Of a stretch of DNA of 64,000 bases, positions 8,004 to 18,007 are shown in pieces. This stretch comes from Patescibacteria group bacterium (lineage in GTDB: Bacteria > Patescibacteriota > Patescibacteriia > Buchananbacterales > UBA6539). Location of the stretch: the NCBI GenBank assembly GCA_034003985.1, contig JAVEXP010000001.1, positions 236,190-300,189 on the forward strand, in the 5' to 3' direction. The first letter of the stretch is position 1. Each line of letters opens with the position of its first letter. The notes below the pieces were generated by a model. It saw nothing but the letters and a program-made list of their open reading frames with translations. It did not search any database and was not told the DNA's origin. A program made the position numbers and the translations under genes.

Positions 8004-10604
8004 TTATTTGATGATAATTTTTTCTTTATTGATGTCAACTTTGATTTTTTTGTTTGAAATAATTTTGTTTTCAATTATCTTTATAGCCAGCTCATCCAAA
8101 ATTAAATTTTGAATCAATCTTTTCAGCGGTCTGGCGCCATAAATTGGATTAAATCCTTTTTGGGCCAAATAATTTTTGAGAGCTTCGGTAAAAGTTAGTT
8201 CAATTTGTTTTTTGGTTAAGCGACTGCCAACACTGGCCAGCTGAAGATCAACAATTTGTTTAATTTCTTTTTCGGTCAATGCGTGGAAAGTGATTATTTC
8301 GTCAATCCGGTTGAGGAATTCCGGCTTGAAAGTTTTATGAAGGATTTCGTTTATCTTTTTTTCCATTTCTTCTTGGCTGATGATGTCATTTTTCTTTTTA
8401 TCTGAAAATCCCAATGAATATTCTTTAATCACTTCACTGCCTAAATTGGAGGTCATTATAATGATTGTATTCTTGAAGTTTATTTTTCGGCCTTTGGCAT
8501 CGGTAAGTTGACCGTCATCAAGAACTTGCAGCAAGATATTAAAAACATCAAGATGAGCTTTTTCGATTTCATCAAATAGAATTATGGCGTATGGCCGGCG
8601 GCGGATTATTTCGGAAAGTTGGCCGCCTTCTTCGTAGCCAATATAGCCGGGTGGCGAACCAATCATTTTGGAGACGCTGTGTTTTTCCATATATTCGGAC
8701 ATATCCAGTCGAACTAACGATTTTTCGTCATTAAACATCGCACTCGCCAGCGCTTTAGCCGTTTCGGTTTTGCCGACGCCAGTTGGCCCCAAGAAAATGA
8801 ACGAACCGATTGGCCTATTTTCTTCGGCAATGCCCGCTCGTGATCGCCTGACGGCGTTGGCAATCGCTTTAATCGCTTGAGTCTGCCCCACTACCCTTTT
8901 GCTAAGCTCATTTTCAAGTTTGGCTAGCTTTTGACTTTCACTTTCTAGCATTTTAGAAACCGGAATACCGGTCCAGCGGGCGACCACCGCGGCAATATCT
9001 TCGGGCGTTACTTCTTCTTTGAGAATTTTTTGATCCTTTTGAATTTCCGCTAGTTTGGCGGAAGTGGCCTTGGTCTGTTTTTCAAGTTCAGGAATTTTGC
9101 CATATTTTATTTCGGCGACTTTATCCAATTCTCCTCGCCGCTCGGCAATGTCGGCCTCGACTTTCAATTGATCAATTTTATTTTTGGCTTCTTGAATTTC
9201 TTTGATTAGATTCTTTTCGTTTTGCCAGTGAATCTCGATTTGATTGCTTTTTTCTTTTATGTCGGCCAGCTCTTTTTCCAGATTTTTTAGCCGGGCTGCC
9301 GAAGATTCGATTTTTTCTTTTTTAAGAGCCTGTTTGGCGATTTCCAGCTGGGTAATTTTTCGTTTTAAAACATCAAGCTCATCAGGCATGGAATCAATTT
9401 CCATTCTGATGGCGGAAGTGGCTTCGTCAATCAAGTCAATGGCTTTGTCAGGTAAAAACCGGTCGGTAATGTAACGGCTGGACAATTCAACGGCCGAAAC
9501 AATGGCGTTGTCGGTAATTTTAACTCCATGATGAATTTCGTATTTTTCTTTAATCCCGCGCAGAATGGCGATGGCATCTTCGGTGGACGGTTCAGTGACA
9601 TAAACCGGTTGGAATCTTCTTTCTAAAGCGGCGTCTTTTTCAATGTATTTTTGATATTCTTTGAGCGTAGTCGCGCCAATGGCGTGTAAGGTGCCTCGGG
9701 CCAAAGCCGGTTTTAACATATTGGCGGCATCAACCGCGCCTTCGGCGCCGCCGGCACCGACAACCAAATGCAGTTCATCAATAAACAAAATGATTTGACC
9801 GGATGCTTCTTCAACCTCTTTCAGAACCGCTTTAAGCCGTTCTTCAAATTCTCCGCGAAATTTAGCACCCGCCACCAGACTGCCGATATCTAAAGAAATC
9901 AAATCCTTATTTTTTAAACTTTCAGGGACATCGCCATCGGCAATTCGTTGGGCTAAGCCCTCGGCAATAGCCGTTTTGCCGGTACCTGGTTCGCCAATTA
10001 ACACCGGATTATTTTTGGTTTTGCGAGACAAAACCTGCATTACCCTTCGAATTTCGGTATTGCGGCCGATAATCGGATCAAGTTTTCCAATTTTAGCCAG
10101 TCGAGTTAAATTAATGCCATAGCGCGATAAAGATTGATATTTACTTTCCGGTTCGGGGTCGATAATTCGATGATTGCCTCGAATGTCTTTTAAAACTTTT
10201 AAAACCTGATCATATTTGATATTTAAAATACCAGAGACTTCCGATTGAATCTCCAGCAGGGCAAGTAAAAAATGTTCGGTGCTGATGTATTGGTCATCCA
10301 TTTTTTTGGCTTCGGTTTCGGCTTGTGCCAGAATTTTTTGCAGAGTGGAGCTTAATTGTTGAGTCAGGTTATTTCCACTGCTTACGGGCGGAATTTTCAA
10401 AAGTTCGTTTTCCAATTGGCCTAGTAACTCATTAATGTTGACTTCTAATTTTTTGAGAACGGCGCCGACAATACCTTCAGGCTGTTGGATGAGGGCCAAT
10501 AATAAATGCGGGCTGGAAATCAGCTGTTGGTTTTTTTGGCCGGCAATGGCAATTGTTTTTTGCAAAGCTTCCTGAGCCTTGAGGGTTAATTGCTGAGGAT
10601 TCAT
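8004..10604 (-). CDS. clpB: ClpB-type AAA+ chaperone
   Basis: Clp N-domain, [14 protein letters not shown], long coiled-coil M domain, [17 protein letters not shown]. Start moved to the ATG of MNPQQ because the upstream in-frame GTG lies inside the CIRCE element. Confidence 0.93.
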   Translation of the reverse strand: MNPQQLTLKAQEALQKTIAIAGQKNQQLISSPHLLLALIQQPEGIVGAVLKKLEVNINELLGQLENELLKIPPVSSGNNLTQQLSSTLQKILAQAETEAKKMDDQYISTEHFLLALLEIQSEVSGILNIKYDQVLKVLKDIRGNHRIIDPEPESKYQSLSRYGINLTRLAKIGKLDPIIGRNTEIRRVMQVLSRKTKNNPVLIGEPGTGKTAIAEGLAQRIADGDVPESLKNKDLISLDIGSLVAGAKFRGEFEERLKAVLKEVEEASGQIILFIDELHLVVGAGGAEGAVDAANMLKPALARGTLHAIGATTLKEYQKYIEKDAALERRFQPVYVTEPSTEDAIAILRGIKEKYEIHHGVKITDNAIVSAVELSSRYITDRFLPDKAIDLIDEATSAIRMEIDSMPDELDVLKRKITQLEIAKQALKKEKIESSAARLKNLEKELADIKEKSNQIEIHWQNEKNLIKEIQEAKNKIDQLKVEADIAERRGELDKVAEIKYGKIPELEKQTKATSAKLAEIQKDQKILKEEVTPEDIAAVVARWTGIPVSKMLESESQKLAKLENELSKRVVGQTQAIKAIANAVRRSRAGIAEENRPIGSFIFLGPTGVGKTETAKALASAMFNDEKSLVRLDMSEYMEKHSVSKMIGSPPGYIGYEEGGQLSEIIRRRPYAIILFDEIEKAHLDVFNILLQVLDDGQLTDAKGRKINFKNTIIIMTSNLGSEVIKEYSLGFSDKKKNDIISQEEMEKKINEILHKTFKPEFLNRIDEIITFHALTEKEIKQIVDLQLASVGSRLTKKQIELTFTEALKNYLAQKGFNPIYGARPLKRLIQNLILDELAIKIIENKIISNKKIKVDINKEKIIIK

Positions 10605-10627
10605 ATAATTTAAGGGTTTAATTTTAA

Positions 10628-10654
10628 TTAGCACTCTAATACATAGAGTGCTAA
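10628..10654. promoter_or_regulatory. CIRCE element (HrcA operator)
   Basis: Exact TTAGCACTC-N9-GAGTGCTAA between the promoter (TTGACA-16-TATAAT, 10658-10685, minus strand) and clpB. Confidence 0.95.
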
Positions 10655-10688
10655 TTTATTATAATATATATTTTTGGGTTGTCAAGAC

Positions 10689-11822
10689 TCAGAATGGGAA
10701 AATATTGAGGATGACGCCAATTAAAAATATTGCCACCAAAAAATAGATTGCTAATTTGGGAATATTTAAATTGTATTCCGGTCGGCGATTGCCTTTGGTT
10801 TTGGCCTTGAGATAAATAAAGGCAATGGTAATAACATCAATTCCTAAAGTAACTGCCCCAGTAAAACCGACGATGGCGATAAAATTTTTAAGTCCGGCCA
10901 GATACAATAACAAGGGCGTAATCACTGCCAATGTCCAAGAGTGAAAATGGTTGAATTTCAGATCAAACCAGAGGATTTTTTTGATTGTAACGCCGATTGT
11001 CAGATAGGAGGTAAATGTGGTAATAATTCCAAAAATATAACCGATCGCAATTATTTTTTCCCCCAGGGCTAAACCTAGCCCATCAAGACCGTCGGGTGTA
11101 GTTTGACCGCCTGATATTCCCAAGACGATGAAGATAAATAATAGGTAGGTGCCAGTGGGGATAAGCAAACCAACCGTAATTAGATTTTTCAACCATTTGG
11201 TCTGGTTTTCCAGAATTTCTTTGGTTTCGGGAATAACTGACAAACCGGAAAGAGAAAACAATATGACGCCGTAAGGCAGAATCAGGTTTTTAAAATTTAG
11301 GTCAACCGTCAGTAAGTTAGCTAGCTGAATGTGCGGCCAACTTTCAACGGTCAGAAAAGTTAAGATGCCGAAGAATAACAGTAAACTAAAGAGTTCCGAT
11401 CGAGCGATTGATTTGCTGCCTAGAAATATAATGAACGCGCCACTGGCGAAAAATATCATGGTGTAAGCCAACTCATTGCCACCAAAGTAAGGAATCAACA
11501 GATCGGCTAAAAATCCCCCGCCGATGATGATGTAAGCCAAATTTGCGCCAATTAGTCCGATGGAGTTGGTAATAATCGGCAACCATTTGAATTTTTTTCC
11601 CAAGTAGAATTCAGTGTAGCCGGGTAAACGGTGTAAAGAAGAAGTGCGCAGACAAATTTCGCCATAAAGCAGTTGAATTGTAATCATGGCAAGGGTCATG
11701 ATTACAAAATAGAAGATCATTGGAATAAAACCGATTTTGGCGGTGACGAAAGGCAAACCAAAGAGGCCGACTCCGATAATAGTTCCGGAAAATGTTGATA
11801 AGGCAAGAAGATATTTTTTCAT
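10689..11822 (-). CDS. Amino-acid permease (aromatic/hydroxy amino acid, APC-like)
   Basis: GTIIGVGLFGLP N-terminal motif; about 11 hydrophobic segments. Confidence 0.8.
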   Translation of the reverse strand: MKKYLLALSTFSGTIIGVGLFGLPFVTAKIGFIPMIFYFVIMTLAMITIQLLYGEICLRTSSLHRLPGYTEFYLGKKFKWLPIITNSIGLIGANLAYIIIGGGFLADLLIPYFGGNELAYTMIFFASGAFIIFLGSKSIARSELFSLLLFFGILTFLTVESWPHIQLANLLTVDLNFKNLILPYGVILFSLSGLSVIPETKEILENQTKWLKNLITVGLLIPTGTYLLFIFIVLGISGGQTTPDGLDGLGLALGEKIIAIGYIFGIITTFTSYLTIGVTIKKILWFDLKFNHFHSWTLAVITPLLLYLAGLKNFIAIVGFTGAVTLGIDVITIAFIYLKAKTKGNRRPEYNLNIPKLAIYFLVAIFLIGVILNIFPF

Positions 11823-11894
11823 TTGGCAAAAAATCAATAGAAATTAAATCACATTGAAGTCCCGTAATTTTTGACGGGATATATGTTTAATTAT

Positions 11895-11931
11895 AACAAA
11901 AAATCAGGAACCTGTCCCCTGATTTTTTGTT
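11895..11931. terminator. Terminator after ugd
   Basis: 14-bp inverted repeat AACAAAAAATCAGG/CCTGATTTTTTGTT. Confidence 0.75.
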
Positions 11932-11942
11932 GGGTGGGAAAG

Positions 11943-13247
11943 TTAACGACCGATGCCGAAGTATTTGAAACCACCGGTCCTGGCCGTTTGCGGATCAAAG
12001 ATATTGCGACCGTCAAAAATAATGGGAGTAAGCATTAATTCTTTAGCCTTGACTAAATCAATAGCTTTGAATTCGTCCCATTCGGTGCAGATAATCAAGG
12101 CTTCGGATCCTTCAAGCGCCTCATTGATGTTGGAACAATATTCGATATCGCTAACGATTTTTTTGGTATTATCCATAGCTTGGGGGTCGTAAGCCTTTAT
12201 TTTTGCCCCTTCTTTTTTTAGGACATTAATGATTTTCAAGGCGGGAGCATTCCTAATATCATCAGTATTTGGCTTAAAGGCCAATCCTAGAACGGTGATG
12301 GTTTTACCGTCTAAAACCCATAGTTCCCTTTCAATTTTTTTAACAAATCGATCGATGGCATTTTGGTTAATGTTTTCAACCGCTGAAACAAAGCTTGAAT
12401 CAATTCCCAGAATTTCCAGAGTTTTTTTGTAAGCGGCGATGTCTTTGGGAAAACAGCTGCCGCCAAAGCCAATTCCGGGGTTAAGGAATTGTTTGCCAAT
12501 TCTTTCATCTAAACCGATGGCAGCTAAAACTTCGGTGACATCGGCGCCGGCTTCTTCACAAGTATGAGCGATTAAATTGGCAAAGGAAATTTTGGTGGCT
12601 AAAAAAGTATTGGCTCCGTGTTTGATTAATTCGGCGCTGCGAACCGAGGTGATTTTTACTGGCGCTTTGGTCCGGTCAATAAGTGGTTTGTATAACTCCA
12701 GCATTTTGGCTTTGGCTTCTTCGGAGTCGACTCCGATAACAATGCGATCCGGCTCCAAGGTGTCTTTAATCGCCGTTCCTTCCCGGAGGAATTCTGGATT
12801 GGAGACAACATCAAATTTAGCTTCGGAAGTGCAGTAACGATTGATGGTTTCTTTTACTTTTTCGGCGGTTTTGACCGGAACAGTACTTTTGTCTACGATG
12901 ACTTTATAGTCACCATTCATGGTTTTAGCAATTTCTCTGGCAACTCCCTCAACATATTTTAAATCAGCATGGCCGTCAGCTTTCGGCGGAGTATTAACGC
13001 AAATAAAGATTATTTCCGATTCCCTAACGGCTAATGGCAAGTCATCAGTAAATGTTAATCTTTGGGCTTGTTGATTGCTGGTAATCAGCTCGTCCAATCC
13101 TGGTTCAAAAATCGGTGATTTTCCTTGTTTAAGTTTGGCTAGTTTTTCCGGGTCATTGTCGACGCAAATGGTCTGATGTCCTAAGTCGGCCAGACAGGTG
13201 CCGGTGGTTAATCCGACATAGCCAGTACCAATGATGGCAATCTTCAT
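11943..13247 (-). CDS. ugd: UDP-glucose 6-dehydrogenase
   Basis: GTGYVG, KSTVP, SNPEFLREG, GFGGSCFPKD and GLAFKPNTDD motifs. Confidence 0.95.
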   Translation of the reverse strand: MKIAIIGTGYVGLTTGTCLADLGHQTICVDNDPEKLAKLKQGKSPIFEPGLDELITSNQQAQRLTFTDDLPLAVRESEIIFICVNTPPKADGHADLKYVEGVAREIAKTMNGDYKVIVDKSTVPVKTAEKVKETINRYCTSEAKFDVVSNPEFLREGTAIKDTLEPDRIVIGVDSEEAKAKMLELYKPLIDRTKAPVKITSVRSAELIKHGANTFLATKISFANLIAHTCEEAGADVTEVLAAIGLDERIGKQFLNPGIGFGGSCFPKDIAAYKKTLEILGIDSSFVSAVENINQNAIDRFVKKIERELWVLDGKTITVLGLAFKPNTDDIRNAPALKIINVLKKEGAKIKAYDPQAMDNTKKIVSDIEYCSNINEALEGSEALIICTEWDEFKAIDLVKAKELMLTPIIFDGRNIFDPQTARTGGFKYFGIGR

Positions 13248-13370
13248 AAAGTTACAATAAAATAAAAAAGATTAGTATTAAAACCTAATCATAAATCTAC
13301 AGTAATGATGACGATAATTAAAAATAACTGTTACAGTGTGAAAGTATTTTAGACTATTTTCGGTTAGCTG

Positions 13371-15269
13371 TCAAAATTTTACAACTTGACCTGGTTTGAT
13401 GTTTTTGACCTCAGGTGTCTCGTCTTCAGCCGATTGATTCTCTGGCGAAATCGGCGCCGATGAAGGTTTGGCTGAAGTGGCAAGTTTTTTTTCGACCAAT
13501 TCGTGAAGCGTTATTTTTTTAGCCGTCGGCGGTTTACCGGATTGTTGACTTTGTTCCGACTCGTTCGGCCGGTTGGTTTTTTCAAATAGCTGAGGCGGAG
13601 TGCTGATTGCTTCTTGGAGGGAAATTTCTGGCTGGGGGTTTTGGGATTTTACTTCCTCAATTTTTCCGGGAATTTCACCAGTAATTAACTCAGATTTGAT
13701 GTTTTGAAAACATTTTTGACAATAAATCGGCCGTAGGCCATCGGGTTTAAAAGTTACTTCGGTCGGCTGGCCACATTCGTAGCAATTGACCGTATAGGTC
13801 TTTTTTTCTTTTCTCTTTTTATTTCGGTTTGATTTATCGTTATCTTTGCCGGTTGATTGGCTTGGTCCTCTGTCGTTGTTGTGGCGTGGTGGGTTTGTTT
13901 TTAGAACGGTTGGCGGTTGGTTATCTTTTTTTTCTGGTTCTTTGGAGATTGAAACTTGTTTAGTATCGGCAATATTAATTTCGACACTATGCCAGCGGCT
14001 GATTTTATCTTCAACAACATCCCGAGGCCGAGCGTATCTCTCTCGCGAGACATTAATTACTTTGGATCTATTATTGGTTAAAAATGTTTCGCCTAGCGGC
14101 GGTAAAGTGGTGGCGGAAAATGGATTGGAGGCAATGCCATCAATCATCAATTTCAAATAGATGTCGTATTTTGCCAAGTTGACCAGATCTTCGGGGGTAA
14201 AATACGGAGCAAATTCTGTTTCCAAAGCTTCAGCGTCAGTTGCGCCCACCCGGAAACAGACAATGGTTCCGACATTGCCGAAGACGGCGGCGCTTACCGT
14301 TTCATCCAATTGTTCAATGTATTGATGACCAATGGTGAGGTTGAGGCGGTATTTTCTGGCTTCCGAAAGAATAGTGGCAAAAGATTCAGTGGCAAAATTT
14401 TGAAATTCGTCAACATACAAATAAAAATCTTTACGGTTTTCTTCTGGAGTGTCAATCCGACTCATGGCTGCCAGCTGAATTTTAGTAATCATCATCGCCC
14501 CCAATAAGGCGGAAGAGTCTTCGCCAATCCGGCCTTTGGATAAATTAAGAATTAGAATTTTTTGATTATCCATGACTTCGCGCAGGTCAAAACTTGATTT
14601 GACCTGGCCGACGACATTTCTGATTAAAGCCGTTGAAAGAAATTGGCCGACTTTGTTTTGAATTGGAGCGATTGCTTCAACTTGGAATTGTTGAGGGTAT
14701 TTGGAAAACTCTTCTACCCAAAAGGATTTGACAACCGGGTCTTGAATTTTTTCAATTACTTTTTTGCGGTAATTTTTGTCAACCAGTATTCTCATTACCC
14801 CAAGCAAAGTGCTGCCGGGATAATCTAATAGGGCGAGAATAGCGTTACGCAGCAGGTATTCAAGTCTGGGACCCCAGGAGTCGGCCCAGAGTTTTTTGAA
14901 CACTCCGACCAGTCCCGAAGCAATAAGATGTTTATGTTCCTGGGAAACCGATTCCATCACATTAAAGGCCACCGGATATTGAATGTCGGCCGGGTTGAGA
15001 TAAACTATGTCGTTAACGCGGTAACTCGGTATGAAATCAAGGATCTTTTCGGCAAAATCACCATGAGGATCTACTAAGGCAACGCCTTCGCCGTTAACAA
15101 TATCCTGGATGATCATGTTTTCCATCATCGTTGATTTGCCCATACCGGTTTTACCGATGATATAGGTATGGCGCCGACGGTCATCCTGCTTGATGCCAAA
15201 CTTGGTTCGAATATTACGAAAATTTGTTTCGGCAAAATAGACAATTTTATTTTTATTTTCTTCAGCCAT
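13371..15269 (-). CDS. VirD4/TrwB-like (HerA-FtsK superfamily) ATPase with a C-terminal CxxC-x17-CxxC domain
   Basis: RRRHTYIIGKTGMGKS Walker A, DPHGD, LYVDEFQNF Walker B, SEARKY; C-terminal CYECG...PIYCQKC in a low-complexity tail. Confidence 0.85.
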   Translation of the reverse strand: MAEENKNKIVYFAETNFRNIRTKFGIKQDDRRRHTYIIGKTGMGKSTMMENMIIQDIVNGEGVALVDPHGDFAEKILDFIPSYRVNDIVYLNPADIQYPVAFNVMESVSQEHKHLIASGLVGVFKKLWADSWGPRLEYLLRNAILALLDYPGSTLLGVMRILVDKNYRKKVIEKIQDPVVKSFWVEEFSKYPQQFQVEAIAPIQNKVGQFLSTALIRNVVGQVKSSFDLREVMDNQKILILNLSKGRIGEDSSALLGAMMITKIQLAAMSRIDTPEENRKDFYLYVDEFQNFATESFATILSEARKYRLNLTIGHQYIEQLDETVSAAVFGNVGTIVCFRVGATDAEALETEFAPYFTPEDLVNLAKYDIYLKLMIDGIASNPFSATTLPPLGETFLTNNRSKVINVSRERYARPRDVVEDKISRWHSVEINIADTKQVSISKEPEKKDNQPPTVLKTNPPRHNNDRGPSQSTGKDNDKSNRNKKRKEKKTYTVNCYECGQPTEVTFKPDGLRPIYCQKCFQNIKSELITGEIPGKIEEVKSQNPQPEISLQEAISTPPQLFEKTNRPNESEQSQQSGKPPTAKKITLHELVEKKLATSAKPSSAPISPENQSAEDETPEVKNIKPGQVVKF

Positions 15270-15284
15270 ATAGTGGAAATGATA

Positions 15285-16637
15285 TTAGGAAGTTGGTAAA
15301 TTGGTCGGCGGGGTGGTTTTGGGAGCGTCGCTAGTTGGGTGTTTATGAATTTCCCGTCTTTCAACCGGCAGGCCAATTGGGGCTTCGGCCCGTTTGGCTT
15401 CAGTTTTCTTAACTAGCGGTGCCTTGACTTTCAAAAGCGGGAAATGCCACAGACTAGCCAATTCCTCAGTATTGAGGATAAATCCATATTCACCGGGATT
15501 TAGAGAATGGGCCCGGTCTTTATAGCGGAATAAAATCCGATTTTTTCGCCATTTTAAACGAATTTTGGTAAACCAGACAAGACCACCGGTAAAAAATTTA
15601 GCGTCGGGTTTTAGAGAGTTTAAGCCAAGATCATTGAATTGTTTGAAAGAGCCATACAACCCTTGGGCGGCTTTAACTTTTTTGAAATATGGTTTTTCGG
15701 CGATGTAAATCAATCTCATTCTGACATGGAAACCAATTTTGCTAACCTTGTGTTCAATAGCCGCTACTTCGTCTTTTTTACCTTGAGTCAAGTATAACAT
15801 TTGATTGGGTGGTTCGTCTTTAGACCCTTGGGAACTTTCTTCCGTCGTGTTCATTGCGGCAATTAAGGAATTGGGAATATCATAAATCAAGTCAAAGATA
15901 TTTTTTTTCGGCTTAGTACTGGCACCAATGATTTTATTGATGACTGGTTGAGCCTTTTCGCCCCAGTCGTTATCAGCCGGGGTAATAACATATTGAAGCC
16001 ATAATTCTTCTCCCGGGCCAATGCGGCTCATGGCCTCCAAAATTGAAGCCATGGGATCTTTAATCTCTTGGGAGATTGAGTCTTCAAATTCTTTATAAGT
16101 GATTATAGGGTAAACATCATTTTTGGCTAATTTGATTTCTGCTCCAAGTAAATCATATTTGTCGTTGGGAAATTTCAAATTCCAGTCTTTGGTATAATCT
16201 TCGATTTCGGTAATCTCCGCGTCCGGATATTGGGCGTAGATTATGGCTTCAATTAAATCGCGGTAAGTATCAACCAAGTGAACGATAAATTGGATGTAAC
16301 CGCCAATGCTGACAATCTCAAAGCTGAAACTATTATTAATTTCGCCAAACCACCATTTTTCATAAAAGCCTAAAGGTTGATGGGCACCGGCCAGATGGGC
16401 AAAAATGTTTTCAACCGCTCGAGGTGTTTGTTCGTTGTCTTTGGGGATGTCGATAGCCAACAGAATATAGTTACGCTCTTGGCGGTATCTATTGCGGATG
16501 TAATTTTGCCATACCAAAAGCATTCCATAGACAAACAAAAAGACCGGATAAATCCAGCCGACGGTTTTAGTCAACCACCAGGCGAAAGCGAAGGGGTCGG
16601 ATATTGGAATATTACTTAAATCAATCGTAATTTCCAT
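15285..16637 (-). CDS. Membrane-anchored hypothetical protein, partner of the VirD4-like ATPase
   Basis: N-terminal TM segment; SFEIVS, IYAQYPDAEITE and LNTEELASLWHFP motifs; 15 nt upstream of the ATPase. Confidence 0.7.
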   Translation of the reverse strand: MEITIDLSNIPISDPFAFAWWLTKTVGWIYPVFLFVYGMLLVWQNYIRNRYRQERNYILLAIDIPKDNEQTPRAVENIFAHLAGAHQPLGFYEKWWFGEINNSFSFEIVSIGGYIQFIVHLVDTYRDLIEAIIYAQYPDAEITEIEDYTKDWNLKFPNDKYDLLGAEIKLAKNDVYPIITYKEFEDSISQEIKDPMASILEAMSRIGPGEELWLQYVITPADNDWGEKAQPVINKIIGASTKPKKNIFDLIYDIPNSLIAAMNTTEESSQGSKDEPPNQMLYLTQGKKDEVAAIEHKVSKIGFHVRMRLIYIAEKPYFKKVKAAQGLYGSFKQFNDLGLNSLKPDAKFFTGGLVWFTKIRLKWRKNRILFRYKDRAHSLNPGEYGFILNTEELASLWHFPLLKVKAPLVKKTEAKRAEAPIGLPVERREIHKHPTSDAPKTTPPTNLPTS

Positions 16638-16665
16638 AGCGAAAATTAATTTTTCTTTTTATTTT

Positions 16666-17823
16666 TTATTGGTTAAGAGTATACCGGCCATCCGGCAGCT
16701 TGGTGATTTTGTCTTTATTAGTCAAAGCCAAATAAATAGTGCTTTTGCGAACGATTCTTTGATCGGAAACGGCTTTAACGATTTCTTCTTTGGTCATGGG
16801 GTGATTGGCATTTTTAAGAATTTCAACAATTGTATCCATAACTGTTCCTGGTTTATAGCCCCATTCTTTAAGGGCATAAATACCGCGGCCGACCAGGACA
16901 TAGCGGTCGTCTAAAATGAGTTCATTGTGGATGGTAGCCGGGTAGGCGATTTTTTTATCAAAATTAGTTTGATTGATTAATTCGGTAATTTCAGTAAAAT
17001 GAAGAGGCCGGCCGGCTTTTTTTAAGACCAAATAAACTTTATCGCTCATTCTTTTTGGTCGAACCGTATTCCATTTATTCAATCCCCATTCTCCAAGGAT
17101 ATTTTGATCAATGTGGCGGCTGATTTTTAAGTAAGACTTAACAGCATTATTGATTTCTTCATCCAATCTATCGTGATCAGAGCCAATTTTTAGAGACGCC
17201 AGGTTATCCTGGTTGTTGACATAAAATTCGCTTTGACGAAAAGTACCAATCAGATCCTCGGTAGCCAGGAGTTTATTTTGAGAATTAATGATGCCAACTA
17301 ATTCATTAATAGATTTTTTGACCAAATCAATTGGTACTAATGGGAGTTTCCAGCCGGTAAGGATGTCTTGATCAGATTTGATGCGATGGATTTTGTCGTT
17401 TAGTAATTTGGACAAAATAAAATTAGAGGATTCATAATTCCCTTTTTCAGAATTAGTGTTGGTGATTTGATCCAGGAGGTGATATTCTTCCATTATGCCG
17501 CCATGTTTTTCCAGTAGGTGAATAATGTGTTGTTCGGCTGTTGAAAGTTCATTTTTTAAATCTTTTAAATCATGGAGTTTTTTAACTGTGGCGGTTTCAA
17601 TCTGTCTAATGCGTTCTCTGGTGATATCGTAATATTTTCCAATTTGTTCCAAGGTTTCCTTGTCTTTGCCCATTAAACCAAATCGACGACTTAAAATATC
17701 GCTTTCTTTGGTTGAAAGATTTTTCAGCAAATTGGCCACCAGGTCGTTTGGATTGAACTGAGCTGCTTGATATTTTTCCTGGCTTTCAATTATTTTGTCT
17801 AGAATTGAATTCTGTGGGTTCAT
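16666..17823 (-). CDS. Protein with sigma70 region-4 HTH plus C-terminal winged-HTH (HARE-HTH/RNAP delta-like) domains
   Basis: RRFGL..ETLEQIGKYYDITRERIRQIE (region 4); PLHFTEITELI..IHNELILDDRYVLVGRGIYALKEWG; no sigma region 2. Confidence 0.75.
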   Translation of the reverse strand: MNPQNSILDKIIESQEKYQAAQFNPNDLVANLLKNLSTKESDILSRRFGLMGKDKETLEQIGKYYDITRERIRQIETATVKKLHDLKDLKNELSTAEQHIIHLLEKHGGIMEEYHLLDQITNTNSEKGNYESSNFILSKLLNDKIHRIKSDQDILTGWKLPLVPIDLVKKSINELVGIINSQNKLLATEDLIGTFRQSEFYVNNQDNLASLKIGSDHDRLDEEINNAVKSYLKISRHIDQNILGEWGLNKWNTVRPKRMSDKVYLVLKKAGRPLHFTEITELINQTNFDKKIAYPATIHNELILDDRYVLVGRGIYALKEWGYKPGTVMDTIVEILKNANHPMTKEEIVKAVSDQRIVRKSTIYLALTNKDKITKLPDGRYTLNQ

Positions 17824-18007
17824 ATAAATATTGTAATTTTGACTAAAATAAGACAAAAATTTTAAGATCGGGAAAATCTTATTTTTATTTCCTTTAATAT
17901 ATCATAAAATTTATATATAGTCAAGTCTTGACCAAAATATTTGAAATATTGTATTACAAAAACCATTCAAGGTATTGTTGCCAAAAATGGTTTTTAGTTA
18001 GCTAAAT

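Noticed and set aside
7818-8057. 79-aa Lys-rich ORF in the ORF track
   Set aside because: It is an alternate frame of the acidic peptide gene, has no SD, and runs through the terminator into clpB.
10605-10634. Longer clpB start
   Set aside because: The GTG lies within the CIRCE operator; the ATG at 10604 fits the ClpB N-terminus.
17920-17932. GTCAAG-T-CTTGAC dyad upstream of the sigma-like gene
   Set aside because: The arms are only 6 bp, and only the minus-strand copy has a credible -10 box.
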